Shown here piece by piece: positions 12,694 to 24,786 of a DNA stretch of 64,000 nucleotides. Made by a program: the position numbers and the translations under genes. Within the stretch, counting starts at the first letter, position 1. Each line of letters begins with the position of its first letter. A model generated the notes under the pieces. It did not search any database, was not told the DNA's origin, and saw only the letters and a program-made list of their open reading frames with translations. Source of the DNA: Schmidtea nova (taxonomy: Eukaryota); assembly GCA_044892505.1 (NCBI GenBank), contig CM097883.1, forward strand, positions 338,520,001-338,584,000, written 5' to 3'.

Positions 12694-13743
12694 ATAAAAC
12701 TTTGTTAAAAATAATTGGTTTCATTATATTTAGTTTTATATTTCTTTAGTTTATTATGTTTAATTATTTTTAAAGTTTTTATGTATTGACAAGATTTCAA
12801 ACGGTTTTATTGTTCAGGGTTTTCATTTTTTTGTGTCAATATTTTTATTTAATGTAAAAATAATTGTTTCTGTTTACAAATATTATTATTAAATTTCATC
12901 TGCTCTTGTAGTTGCACTCTGTAGAATCGTCTTTAAAATTTCGACTATTGTCACAATTCTCGCATTCATTTCATCCGTTTTCAAAGTTCTCATATTCGAT
13001 TTTCTAAAGATCATTTTACAAAAATTATATAATATATCAAAAAATTATCAATTAATAAACAACTACTCGAAATGTTAGTCAGTACATTAAAACATAAACG
13101 TCATTCGATTAAGTAAAAACATGTTATCGTGTGTGTTAAGGGTAATAGTTAATGTGTTGTATGTTTTGATGTTACCAACAGTAGTCACTGCCGTTACACA
13201 ATGGCATATTTACCTTAGCAACAGGTTCCAAGGAGACAATACTTTAATGTGTGTGTCTACTCTAGCAAAAGGTTCCTCGATGATTATATATTGATATGTG
13301 TTTACCCTGGCAACAGGTTCCTCGGGGATTATATATTGTTGTGTGTATTTTCCTTGACATCATCTTCCTCGGGGACTATATATTGCTGTGTGTAGTTACC
13401 TTAACTACATCTATCATTAAGAGTTATATATTGATGTGTATGTATGTATGTTTATCCAGGCAACAAGTTCCTCAGGGAAGTCACCCTATTGTGTGTATTT
13501 ACCCTGGAAACAGTTTCCTCGAAGAAAATACATTAATGTGTGTTTACCCTAGCAACATATTTCACTAGGACTATAAATTGATATATATGTGTGTGTATTT
13601 ACCCTGGCAACGTGTTCTTCGGGGATTATATATTGATGTGTGTGTACTAACCTGAGCAACCGTTGCAATGTGAAAAAAGTGGTACCGAGCGCTCACTATC
13701 CCCTACTTTTATCGATTTATTTCATATTTAAAATAAACTGTTT

Positions 13744-14040
13744 CAGTGGATTGCCAACCGACTTAAGGTGGGTCATCAAAGATTGTAATATTTAGATGTT
13801 CGTATTAATTGTGTAAATATTAATTTGCAACAATAAAAAAGTAGATGTTGAAGATGTTATTGCAAAAAATAGAAAGTAAGCTCATTCATATCATGCATCC
13901 TCTTTATTGTGTTTAAATATGTGCTTTTAATAAATATATAAATTAAAGCTTTTACTTTTCTCCTATTTTTTACAGGTGGGTAGCGAAAACTTTACAGTTT
14001 TAATAGTGTGTCTCGACTGGTAAAAGTTCGGGAACCACTG
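13744..14040. mobile_element. Old hAT (Charlie-like) MITE
   Basis: Ends CAGTGGATTGCCAACC and GTTCGGGAACCACTG. Degenerate 8-bp TSD AACTGTTT/AGCTATTT (6 of 8). Confidence 0.55.
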
Positions 14041-16889
14041 AGCTATTTAAATTTAAATAGAAAAATATTTTTTTCCATAACTATTTTATGACTTTTATAG
14101 TAAATAGTACATGTAGTGCCTCCGTTATTTATATATAAGTACAATATTTATATATACAGTAATTTAATTAAATATTATATCTTTATATTTATATATTAAA
14201 ATCATATATTGATTTATTTATAAAAAACAAAATTGTTTAAATCGTCAAAAAACATTCTCTTTAGCAGGATTCAAAAATAAAGCAAGCAAGAAATAAACAC
14301 TCAATCATCTAAAAGAAGAAATAATCACTCAATCATTTAAAGGAAGACATAATCAATCGACAATTACATTTGAATAATAATAAAATGTTTTACTATGTTA
14401 TAGCCTTATTCTATCTTATTTCAGCAGCTAAAGTACACTTGATTGTCAAGTTAACATATAAGAATATTCTCTATTTTCCATGGTTGGATCAATCTTGCTT
14501 TCTCTATAAGAGAAGTTATTGAAAAGACTGTACATTTAAATTTAAAATTGCAAACAGTAAACATTTTCAACTATAATATTTTTAATATGAATGTCGACGA
14601 CGTCAGGGCATTATAGAAATATTTTCATTTCCCTCCATTTCGAATATTTTTGTTTTTTTAAATGGACCTTATAATTTGAAAGTTGTTTTACTCTATTGCT
14701 CTATTTGGGCATTTTTATTAAAGAACACTGACCTACCTCCCATTATAGAAATTTTCTACGTACCTTAGTGATTTAAAATAACTCTCGTTCTCAGTAAGTC
14801 CGTGTACTTCATTTATACTATTGGAGTACCCTAATTATTGAATTAAATTATTTAATATTAAAAAGTTATAATATAAAAATAGGAGCTTTATAAAAATTAA
14901 CATAAATCTTCTGTATAACATATTTCAAATATGGGAATTTATTAGTTTCATGCAGTAAAATTAAAATTAAAATAATATTTTATTAATAAAAATGGAAAAC
15001 AAATGTAACATTTAAAAATTGTAATATTTTTAATATAATTATTAAATAAAATACTTATTTTAAAAAAAATCATTGTATATTTAAAATAAATTTGATGAGA
15101 AATTTGATGATAAATTTGATGATTAAAATAAATTAAAGAATTGTGTTCATGTTTGTTTGCCTAGCTGTAATTCCGGAAGATGGCTTTTAATGTCTCATAA
15201 CCAACTGTTATGATGCCTTAAATTAACATTATTTGAATATGAAATTTAATATTATATATTAATCTTATAATTTTTCAATACATATTTACTCATTTAAAAA
15301 TAAATTTTGAAAATAAATTTAACTTTTTGAATCATTTTCATTCCTTGTGAAACGAGAAAAATTCATTAAAATTTAGTTAAAAAATTTATTTTATAAACAA
15401 TTTTCAATATTTTTAAAAAGACTAGATCAATATTTTTTTAAAGTTACATGAATTTTTCACACTGCCTTTTTTCAAATGCATTTTTGAAAAATGTACCGAA
15501 AATTCGTGTAACTTTAAAAAATATTGATATTGTTGGGCTGGCGAAATCGAAAATAAATTTTGTTTACATTCATCAAAAATAAAATATATACAAATGGAAA
15601 CAAATTCAAAACGCACGATAAAGCATTAGGTAATAAAATAACACAAAGGATTATTAAATATTCTAATATAAATAGTAGTCATACGAACCCCATTTTATAA
15701 GTAATAATTAAATAATAATGAAGTTTAAATAGTTATAAGTAGGTAGATGCGTGGAGCCGGGAACAAAGACATTCCGTGGGCGTGGGTGGGTGTAAAAAAA
15801 GAACAAAGGCATACTACCCCGCCACCGGAGAGGATATTTTTCTCAAATTTTTTTTCACAAAATTTTTTTTTCACAAATTTTTTTTCCCAAAATTTTTCCC
15901 CAAAATTTTTTTCCCAAAATATTTTTTCCTAAAATTTTTTTCCAAATTTTTTCCCAAATTTTTTATTCGAAATTGTTTTTCCAAATTTTTTTCTAATTTT
16001 TTTTCTCAAATTTTTTTTCCAAATTTTTTATTTCACAAATTTTTTTTAAAGTTTTTTTCAATAAATTTTTTTATGACGCATCGATGACTCATCATTATTT
16101 TCGAAAAATAATGTTTTTTTAACCAAAAAATTATTTTAAACAACTTTTTTTTTAAAATTATTTATATGACTCATCGATGACTCCCTAAATTTTTTTTTAA
16201 ATTTTTTTATTTGACCAATTGATTCTTTATTGACGACTCATCCAAAGTTTTTATGACTCATCCAAAAATAAGAATATTTTTTTTGAACTTTCACAATTTT
16301 GATTATTTTCAAATTATTTTTGGTTTGTATGACTCATCACTGACTCAGCTATTTTCTGACAAGTTTTTTTTTAATTTTTAAAATTTTAAAACGATGACTC
16401 ATTGATGACTCATCACATTGGTGACTCATCCTCATGACTTAAAGATGACTCACACGATGACGCATCGATGAAATTATTTCAAATTTGAATTAAGTGACGT
16501 CATCGATAACACATTTAAAATTTAAATAATTTTTTAAAAATTTTAAAAGTACAAATTTCAAGGTCAAATTTGAATCGTTTGCAAGGCATTTCAGTGATGC
16601 ACACGATGGTACTATTTTTGAAGGTGTCCGATCAAAAAACAAAAATTTGAAACAAAAACAAACATACTTAAAGTACTAAGGTTAAAAGTGGTATCGGTCG
16701 CTCTGCATTTCAGTGACGCACACGGTGATACCATTTTTAAGTTGTCCGATCTAAAAAATTAAATTTGGACCAAAAATTAAAAATTTCAAAAGTTTTAAGT
16801 ACCAATGGTATCATTCGAACCGCCGCCGCTATATGAACACGATACTATATAATTTCATACTTAGTTTTAAACAACGACGTAATTAACAA

Positions 16890-18490
16890 ACACATTGCCA
16901 AAATAATTAAACAAAGACATGTTAATGCTAAAAACCTTAACAAAGACATTTAATGCCAAAATCCTTAACAAAGATATTTCAAATTACTTAACAAAGAATA
17001 TTCAATGCCAAATTACTTAACAAAGACATTTCAATGCCAAAATAATTAAAAAGACATTTCAATGCCAAAATAACTAAACAAAGACATTTTAATACCAAAA
17101 TCCTTAACAAAGACATTTCAATGCCAAAATAACTAACAAAGACATTTCATTGCCAAATACCTCAACAAAGACAATTCATTACCAAATTCCTTAACAAAGA
17201 CATTTCAATGCCACAATAATTAACCAAAGACATTTCATTGCAAAAACACCTAAACAAAGACATAGCAATGCTAAAAAACCTTAACAATGACATTTCAATG
17301 CTAAAATAACTAAACAGAGACACGAACAAAACATTTACTAGCAAAACCCTAGTAGCAGAATATCTTTTGTGATGGTTTTTATCTGCCAAAGCTTATTACT
17401 CGAACATTAATTACAATTCATTTTCATTCAGCATAATTTGATAAAACAAAGACATTTCAATACCAAAATCCTTAACAAAGGCATTTCAAAAAACTAAACA
17501 AAGACAATTCATTGCCAAATTGCTTAACAAAGGCAATTCAGGGCCAAATTACTTAACAAAGACAATTCATTGCCAAAAACCTTAACAAAAACATTTCATT
17601 GGTTAAATAATTAAACAAAGACATTTCAATGCCAAAAAACTAAACAAAGACAATTCAATGGAAAAATCCTAAACAAAGACTTTGCAATGCCAAAAAAAAG
17701 CTTAACAAAAACAATTTAATGGTTAAATTATTAAACAAAGACACATGACTCATGTTACGAAAATAGATTATATATGTACTTTTAAACATAGAATCTTTTC
17801 AAAGCAAAGACATTTCAATGCCAAAATAATTAAACAAAGACATTTCATTGCCAAAGCACCTAAACAAAGACATTTCATTGCCAAAATCCTTAACAAAGAC
17901 ATTGCAATACGCGTACATTGTAAGCAACATGACTAACAAAGGCATTGCAATACATATGCAAGTTAACAAAGACATTTCAATGCAGATACTAGTTAACNNN
18001 NNNNNNNNNNNNNNNNNNNNNNNNNNNNNNNNNNNNNNNNNNNNNNNNNNNNNNNNNNNNNNNNNNNNNNNNNNNNNNNNNNNNNNNNNNNNNNNNNNNN
18101 NNNNNNNNNNNNNNNNNNNNNNNNNNNNNNNNNNNNNNNNNNNNNNNNNNNNNNNNNNNNNNNNNNNNNNNNNNNNNNNNNNNNNNNNNNNNNNNNNNNN
18201 NNNNNNNNNNNNNNNNNNNNNNNNNNNNNNNNNNNNNNNNNNNNNNNNNNNNNNNAAGTTTTTAAAACTATATAAATATCATGCAAAAGATATTTGAGAT
18301 GTGGGTATGGTGGTTATATTCTCAAACATTCAAGATGTCAAAATGTGTAATATTATGTGTAATGTTATGTCATGTGCAATATTAACAAAGACATTGTAAT
18401 ACAGATGCAAGTTAACAAAGACATGTATTATTAGCAAGCCAGATTAACAAAGACATTGTAGTTGCAAGCCAAGTTAACAAAGACAAGATC
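16890..18490. repeat. Minisatellite, ~29-bp unit AACAAAGACATTTCAATGCCAAAA(T/A)...
   Basis: Dozens of AACAAAGAC-anchored units, interrupted by a spacer at ~17330-17440 and a gap. Confidence 0.9.
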
Positions 18491-18589
18491 TAAAAAAATT
18501 AAATTTAAAGACTAATAATTAATCACAAAATGTTTGCTCTTAGCCAATGATAAAAAAATTAAATGAAAATACATATATTTTGTACGACA

Positions 18590-18850
18590 CTATATGTATA
18601 TCACATGATATTCATCAATATTAATACCACAAGATTCACACTTATTAATATTTTTTAAACATTTTGAACAAATAATGACATGTCTACAAGGTAAATATAA
18701 AATGCCAACTCTATTGATATTACATATTGAACATGTGAGAAATCTTTGTTTGGTTTCTTCCAATTTCTTGGTTACATTTACCTCTAAAATATCCACATTT
18801 AGCATGAAAGTTCGAATAATAGTACGATATTTTCCAAGTCGAAATTCCAT
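18590..18850 (-). CDS. Small protein with an IAP-type C3HC4 RING finger (86 aa; possibly a fragment)
   Basis: CSIC-x11-C-R-H-x3-C-SK-C-x6-C-ES-C spacing preceded by KKLEETKQRFL, like the C-terminal RING of IAP-family proteins. No BIR domain seen. Confidence 0.7.
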   Translation of the reverse strand: MEFRLGKYRTIIRTFMLNVDILEVNVTKKLEETKQRFLTCSICNINRVGILYLPCRHVIICSKCLKNINKCESCGINIDEYHVIYI

Positions 18851-19959
18851 ACATGATCAGAAAATGGTACATACATACAAAAATAATCATAAAAATAATA
18901 TTATCACACCATTGCAAAATTATCACATTACACAAAAGCTTATCACATATATGAAATATTATTATACTTTTATGTAAAATACAAAGAAAAATACAAACAT
19001 ATACACAAAATATTATCACATTATAGTGCCTAAACAATAGAAATACTCACAAAATATATGAAAAAATGATCAAAGATTCACAAAGAAAATACACAAAAGA
19101 TTATCATATTATTGTTTAATAATATAAAAATACACTGAAATACATAGAAAATTATTAAAATGCATACAAGTATCATTACATACATGAAATATCATTACAC
19201 AAAAGGTTATAACATACATGAAATATCTAAATACAAAATATCAAAAGTACATAGAGATAAATCCTATACTCAAAGGATATCATTACATATATGAAATATC
19301 ATCACAAAATATCTTTACATACATGAAATATCATCATACTTTAATGCAAATATAGACAAAATATTATCATGCTATATTGCAAATATACTTAATATTTTAA
19401 AGAAAAAGAAATATCATAACCTTTGTCATTGTCCAAGAATTTTCGTATAAAATATTTTTTTTGTGACATCAGGTATGTGAAATCTAACTAAAAATTGAAT
19501 AAAATATTGCAAAAAAAATTAGGTCCCAACTAGCTTCCGAAGATATGCTTAAATTTATTGATAACCCCAATTACAATTAGGTTTATACCTTCACAGTAAC
19601 AATTTGTAATTTTTCGATTCTCCTCAAAATTGTTATAATTAACATTTTGAAATTTAATTTTGGTTATCGAAATTATTGGCTTCTTCTTTTATTTTTCAAC
19701 AAAATAGTACTTCACTAATTCTTAATTTCAATCAAAAAATTTAAAATACACCAATAACTTCGTAAAATATTTTTTACTAATTTTCACTAAATTTTTCACA
19801 AGAATTCTTCGTTCAAATGCTCTGTAGTCGTTCTTTTCATAAAGTTCTGGTATAAAAACACAATGAGAAAGCTGTTGTTTTTCTGTCTTCGTGTTACTAT
19901 GAAAATATTTTATGAGAAGAAATTCAGTTTTCCTTGAGTTTTTTCACATTCGTTGCTTT

Positions 19960-20836
19960 TGTTGGGGTTTGGCAGAAGTTACTCAAAAGTAAAGTGAAAA
20001 TTTAAAAAATTAAATAGAAATTAATAAAAACACAAAAATCTACAAATTAATTAAAATACAAAAACATTAATTAAAAATTAATAAAATTGAAAATCAACAC
20101 ATGGTCGGAGAAATTTGAGACGAATTCAAATATATGAAAATAAAATCGATGGGTCCTCCCCAGAAAGAAATAATTCAAATATTAATTAAAAATTAATTGG
20201 CTAACGGAAAGCCCGAGCTAACGTAAAACCCGAGCCAATGGAGAACCCGAGTGATGAGGAAAACCTGAGCCAATGAAGAACCCTAGCGATGAGGAAAACC
20301 CGATGTGACAAGTTAATTGCCTTGAAAATTAATGTTCCAGGCAGAAGGCAAATGGCGATAAATATGAATTAGCAATTTAATTGCCTCAGAATGGAGACTG
20401 GCATTTTGGTATTAAAAACTGACGGTTAATTGGCCTTAAAGGGCAATTTACCGAAAAGCAAATAAATCAGTTCTCAAAAATTTTACATAAAGAGAGTCAA
20501 AATAGCAGAATTGCCATTTACGGTCGAAAAAAAAGAAACGCATCTTGTTCAAAGGAAATATTGAGAAAAGTAAGGAGAAGCACGAATTCAGTGATCATCA
20601 AATTTAAATTAATTTGTTAACACTCGTACCAGAAAGGGACATCTGCCGTTTGGAGATGTATCCCTGCGCGTTAGCGAATAATCTGAAAAGCAGTTGAACA
20701 TAAAATAATTTGTAAAGATAATTGTGTAGTAGATTGATTATTAATAAAGGTTATTGTGTTGGGTCTTACTCATTGATCTTAATAAGAACACTGAGGAGTC
20801 AGATAAAAACCGACTTAACCAAATAAATACCCAACA
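19960..20836 (+). mobile_element. Probable solo LTR
   Basis: TGTTGGG...CCCAACA termini, imperfect 4-bp TSD CTTT/CTAT, internal ~18-bp repeats (AAAACCCGAGC), and AATAAA near 20742. Confidence 0.6.
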
Positions 20837-20926
20837 CTATTAATTCTCAAAAAAAAGAAAGTTCATTTTTTATTTTAATTTTGCACTCACTAATTAATAA
20901 TGATTCTTTCATTCATTGTATATTAA

Positions 20927-21126
20927 CACATTGCGTACTCATTACGTCCTGGACAAGTTGCATCACTCTTTGGCGTAACTCACTCCGTCCTGGGATGGGC
21001 AAGTTAGTTCTGTTAAGTAGCGGTAAACCCTCTGAACAGATCCCTTTAGTTGGTTAGTCATCATTTAATATCTTCACAACTCAAATTATTTGTTATAAAT
21101 TGTAAATCTTTGCAAAACGCAATGGG
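20927..21126. mobile_element. piggyBac-type MITE
   Basis: TTAA on both sides; TIR C(A/C)CATTGCGT. Confidence 0.7.
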
Positions 21127-21320
21127 TTAATTGATTTTCTGCTATTCACTCATAATTTTTTGATTGTTTTCTTAGAAAAAGATTTCTTTTCAAATTCACT
21201 TATTTCTCAGCAATTTATTTAATAATTATTTTATATTTTACTTTGGACATTTCAGCACATTTGAAAAAATTAAATTCTCTAATTTCTACGTCTATAGGTT
21301 GGACTGGCCTTAATCTTTAA

Positions 21321-21550
21321 CCCTTTCTAAGGCAAAGGAAACTAAAAGTGATGTAAAACTCAAAGTTTATTAATAATAATTATAGTTACAAACACATCTA
21401 TGGTTTCAAATACTATAAATTTGTTCTCTTGTGGCTCAATATATGTCAGTAGTTGTACCAAAAGTCAAAATGATTACCGACAGCGTTACACTTAGATATT
21501 TTTATTAGTTTAAAATGCTGTACAGAATATTGCCACCACCTTAGAAAGGG
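21321..21550. mobile_element. piggyBac-type MITE
   Basis: TTAA TSDs and a perfect 12-bp TIR CCCTTTCTAAGG. Confidence 0.9.
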
Positions 21551-21950
21551 TTAAAGAAAATGCAATTCCCTGACTAAATTTAATGTCCAAATTAGAATAA
21601 GATGAACTAAAGTAAGAAGCTTGCATAAATTGTTTGCCAATTACCTAAAAATGAAGATAAAGAAAATTAGAAAAAGATCAGCGGTGCGAAAGAAAAAAGA
21701 TTTTCTGTAATTATCAACTTACCGATTACGTAATAGTTTAAAGGTTGTAATGGTGGAAACATTTAGCAGAAAGCATCGACGGTTGATTACATTGCTCTCT
21801 AGAAGTTCTCAAATCTGTGTAATTGTGCTAATCAATAAAAAACTCATTTTTGTTAGAATAAATGTATTTAATTATCAACATTTGAGTAAATTAAGCGTAA
21901 ATAATACAAATAAATAAATTTCAAAAACGAAAAATAAAGTCAAATTCAGA

Positions 21951-22189
21951 TCATGATAAACACTGTAAAACTGCGTCATAGAGATCCTCAATTGCATCGT
22001 CAATATCAAGCTTGGACGTTTCCCTTCCGACACTGAGTCGAATGGCTGAACGGCATAAAGCAACCGAATAACCGCATTGCATTAATATTTCACTCCCTTC
22101 ATACGATTGTATTCTATTTGTGTCAATTGAATGACAAGCGGCTCCTACACTAGCTTGAACTCTTTGACATTTTGCAAGAATTTCTGGAC
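21951..22189 (-). CDS. SCLY: Selenocysteine lyase, last coding exon
   Basis: AG acceptor, then (G)PEILAKCQRVQASVGAACHS...AIRLSVGRETSKLDIDDAIEDL...CLS*. Contains the catalytic Cys motif GAACHS; phase matches the previous exon. Confidence 0.9.
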
Positions 22190-22399
22190 CTAATTTATGT
22201 CATTTCAATTTTTTTATTTCAAATAGCAATTCTTTAAAGTTTTAAGAAGAAATTGTAACTACTCTAGCGACATCCTCATATATTTATCCTGTATAAATTA
22301 GCCTAGAAAAAGAAAATTCAACTCGAAATAAGCTTTGTCGTATGCATTCTTTTAATTACGTTGATTTGTCTCAATTAGAATAATTATTTATCATTACTA

Positions 22400-22825
22400 C
22401 GTTGTGCGTTCAATAAGTACCCGACCAAAGGTAAAAAAATGTAATGACAAATTTTAGTTTTTTTGTGTAAATAAATAAATAAATATAGGTTTTGATTTCA
22501 GTTATTGTTTTATTTTATCAAACGCATTAAAATTTCTATTGTGACATTTTGAATTTTCGTCGGTGTAATGATTTTAGACGTTGAGTATCGCAGCGTTATC
22601 AAGTTCTTTGTGTTGCAGAAGAAGACGTACAGTGAAATCTACCTACATGACTCCCCATCTCTGACAACTGTTAAATATTGGGTCAGAGAGTTTAAAGGTG
22701 GTCGCACCTCCGTTTTTGATCAAGAAAAATCAGGTCGGCCACAAGAAATTTTTGACACAGTTGATGAAAAATTGGAGAAGATTGTCCAAGAAGAGCGTCG
22801 AATCACCATGAAAATGCTGTCAACG
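22400..22825 (+). pseudogene. Truncated mariner (left TIR plus N-terminal HTH region)
   Basis: TA-CGTTGTGCGTTCAATAAGTACC end. ORF 22568-22843 reads EYRSVIKFF...WVREFKGGRTSVFDQEKSGRP. Confidence 0.8.
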
Positions 22826-23342
22826 AATTTTATATTTTTTTAAAGTGTAATTTTTTAAAAAATAAAATGAAAAATTCTCGAAACGAAAAAATCTAAGGTG
22901 AATAAGAGATAACAATGATATTATTACTAGCTGGTGTTGAGTTTTTGTGTTCGATGTTATTAACTGAATTTTGGTCACTAATATATAAATAAAATAATAT
23001 AACTGTTTAAAAAACTTTATTTACTTTACCCTTTACCACCAAAGTTCTCTCGAGTTTATAAATTTGTATCAATTAAATATCAATGTCCGCTTGCAAATGC
23101 CTAAGCTGGGCTTGGTTTTGTACGCTTTATTTTGATTTTTCTAGTTTATTTCAAACTTAGAAATTTAGGCGCAAAACCCTTTTTTGGGTGCTTAGAGTGA
23201 AAAATCAGTCAGTATTTATACCTTTTTGTGTTGTGTTTTTTACAGAGACAAAGGTATTTATCCTGTCAATAGTTTCTTTTTTGTAAACAATTTTATTTTT
23301 AACTTTACATCATCGCCATCATTTTACTCTAATAATTAGAGA

Positions 23343-23915
23343 GTGGTATTTGTCATAAAAAAACTATGTAGTCGTGGATTACCACTTCGAGGACACTGTG
23401 AAAAATTTTATAACAATCTTAATGGAAATTTTATAATGACATTAGAAATAGTCGCAGAATATAATCCCTTTCTGAAAGATCATATACTGAAGTATGGAAA
23501 CTGTGGTTCTGGAAACACATCATACATGTCAAAAACAATACGTGATGAATTTATTCGAATAATGGGAGCAGAAGTTAGAAACAAAATAATCCATGATATC
23601 AAAAACGCAAAATATTTTTCATTAATTGTTGATTCGACTCCCGATATTTCTCATGCTGATCAATTATCAGTAATAATTCGACATGTAGATATTTCTGATG
23701 GCAAAACAGTGGAACGTTTTTTGATTTTTTTCGACAATGCAGGCCATAAAGCACACGAAATGTTTGAAATGATTTTGAGATTTTTTGATGAATTCAAATT
23801 AAATTTAACCGATTGCAGAGGACAACCCTATGACAATGCCAATAATATGTCGGGAATCAACAATGGCTACAATTATTTGGTATTTACATTCACGAAATAT
23901 TTTCCAATATTTTAG
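23343..23915 (+). pseudogene. hAT transposase fragment (ZMYM1/DUF4371-like)
   Basis: GLPLRGH...GNF...YMSKTIRDEFI...YFSLIVDSTPDISHADQLSVIIRHVD...CRGQPYDNANNMSG. Confidence 0.85.
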
Positions 23916-24551
23916 TCCGTGTTAAAATACTTTTAAATTTTGTTTTAAAAAATTTTAAAAAATATAAATTATTTATTTAAATTTTAACAATTTTAACTAA
24001 TAACTGCAATTTAACTTTTTATTAATTTTTAAATATTAAAAATGTACGTGTTCACAGCATTTTGCACATTAATTTACGGACCAAGCGATTTATCAACACG
24101 CTTCACAGTTAACACACTCAAAGGATACACCGGTTTTCATCGTTTAAAAGTAACTATGATACACGTAGGTGTGTACATAGGCTTGCCAGGTGTACGTGAA
24201 TTAGTGAAAACGTACCTAAAGGTAAGTTTAATTACTGATTATATTTTAAGTCGCACACATTTTTAAAAAATTGTTGTAATTTAAATCAAATAGTATAAAA
24301 ATACGCGAAAAAGAAAACAAAAATCAACCATTTACACATTAAAAATATGGTTTCGTTTATATTATGCTGCGTTTTTGTTTAAAGGGGAAAATTTACCATT
24401 TGTTTAAATTTTTAACAAGTGCCAGCGATCAGTGTGCTGTTATGTTTCATTATTCAAATATTTGTTCAAATTCAAATATTTGATTATAAAATACAATTCT
24501 GTGAATTTTGTGAATTTGTGTGTTTTTGGAATTTGTGTTATAAAATTAAAT

Positions 24552-24786
24552 TATTATTATCAATGATTCTCATAATGACTATAGATCAAATTTTTTTTTT
24601 ATAAACAATAACACAATATTTCGGCACAGCCTTTATCAAGTGTGTATTTCTGAATACACACTTGATAAAGGCTGTGCCGAAATATTGTGTTATTGTTTAT
24701 AAAAAAAAAATTTGATCTATAGTCATTATGAGAATTATTGATAATAATAATAAAAAAAGATCAAAGGTGAAAAAAGATAATTATGA
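24552..24786 (+). mobile_element. PLE-derived fold-back insertion with a 3' tail and 13-bp TSD
   Basis: ~200-bp palindrome plus unpaired tail AAAAAAGATCAAAGGTGAAAAAAGATAATTATGA. Direct repeat TATAAAATTAAAT at 24539-24551 and 24787-24799. Confidence 0.8.
24658..24690 (+). ncRNA. Minimal type I hammerhead motif, U3-A8 variant (mirror at 24611-24643, minus strand)
   Basis: Identical to the motif at 84-116. Confidence 0.65.

Larger units (their letters stand above)
3026..13707. mobile_element. Non-autonomous Polinton/Maverick derivative with ~3.2-kb inverted arms
   Basis: Both termini read 5'-AGTAG. 6-bp TSD TTTATC at 3020-3025 and 13708-13713. 3026-6280 is an inverted near-identical copy of 10516-13707. 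Encodes protein-primed PolB; no integrase, ATPase, protease or capsid ORF seen. Confidence 0.9.
15738..19420. mobile_element. Unclassified composite repeat: GC-rich head, TGACTCA cluster, ~100-bp direct repeat, ~29-bp tandem array, RING ORF and a second degenerate array
   Basis: The 16050-17000 part has a diverged inverted copy at 38667-39330. Boundaries are approximate. Confidence 0.5.

Noticed and set aside
3026-13707. Polinton inverted duplication as a pure assembly artefact
   Set aside because: The arms carry private substitutions and indels and the TSD is perfect. Considered unlikely, though not excluded without long reads.
15671-15702. ~30-bp similarity to the LTR (AGTAGTCATACGAAC...TTATAAGT, 47951)
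   Set aside because: Too short and isolated to call a related LTR.
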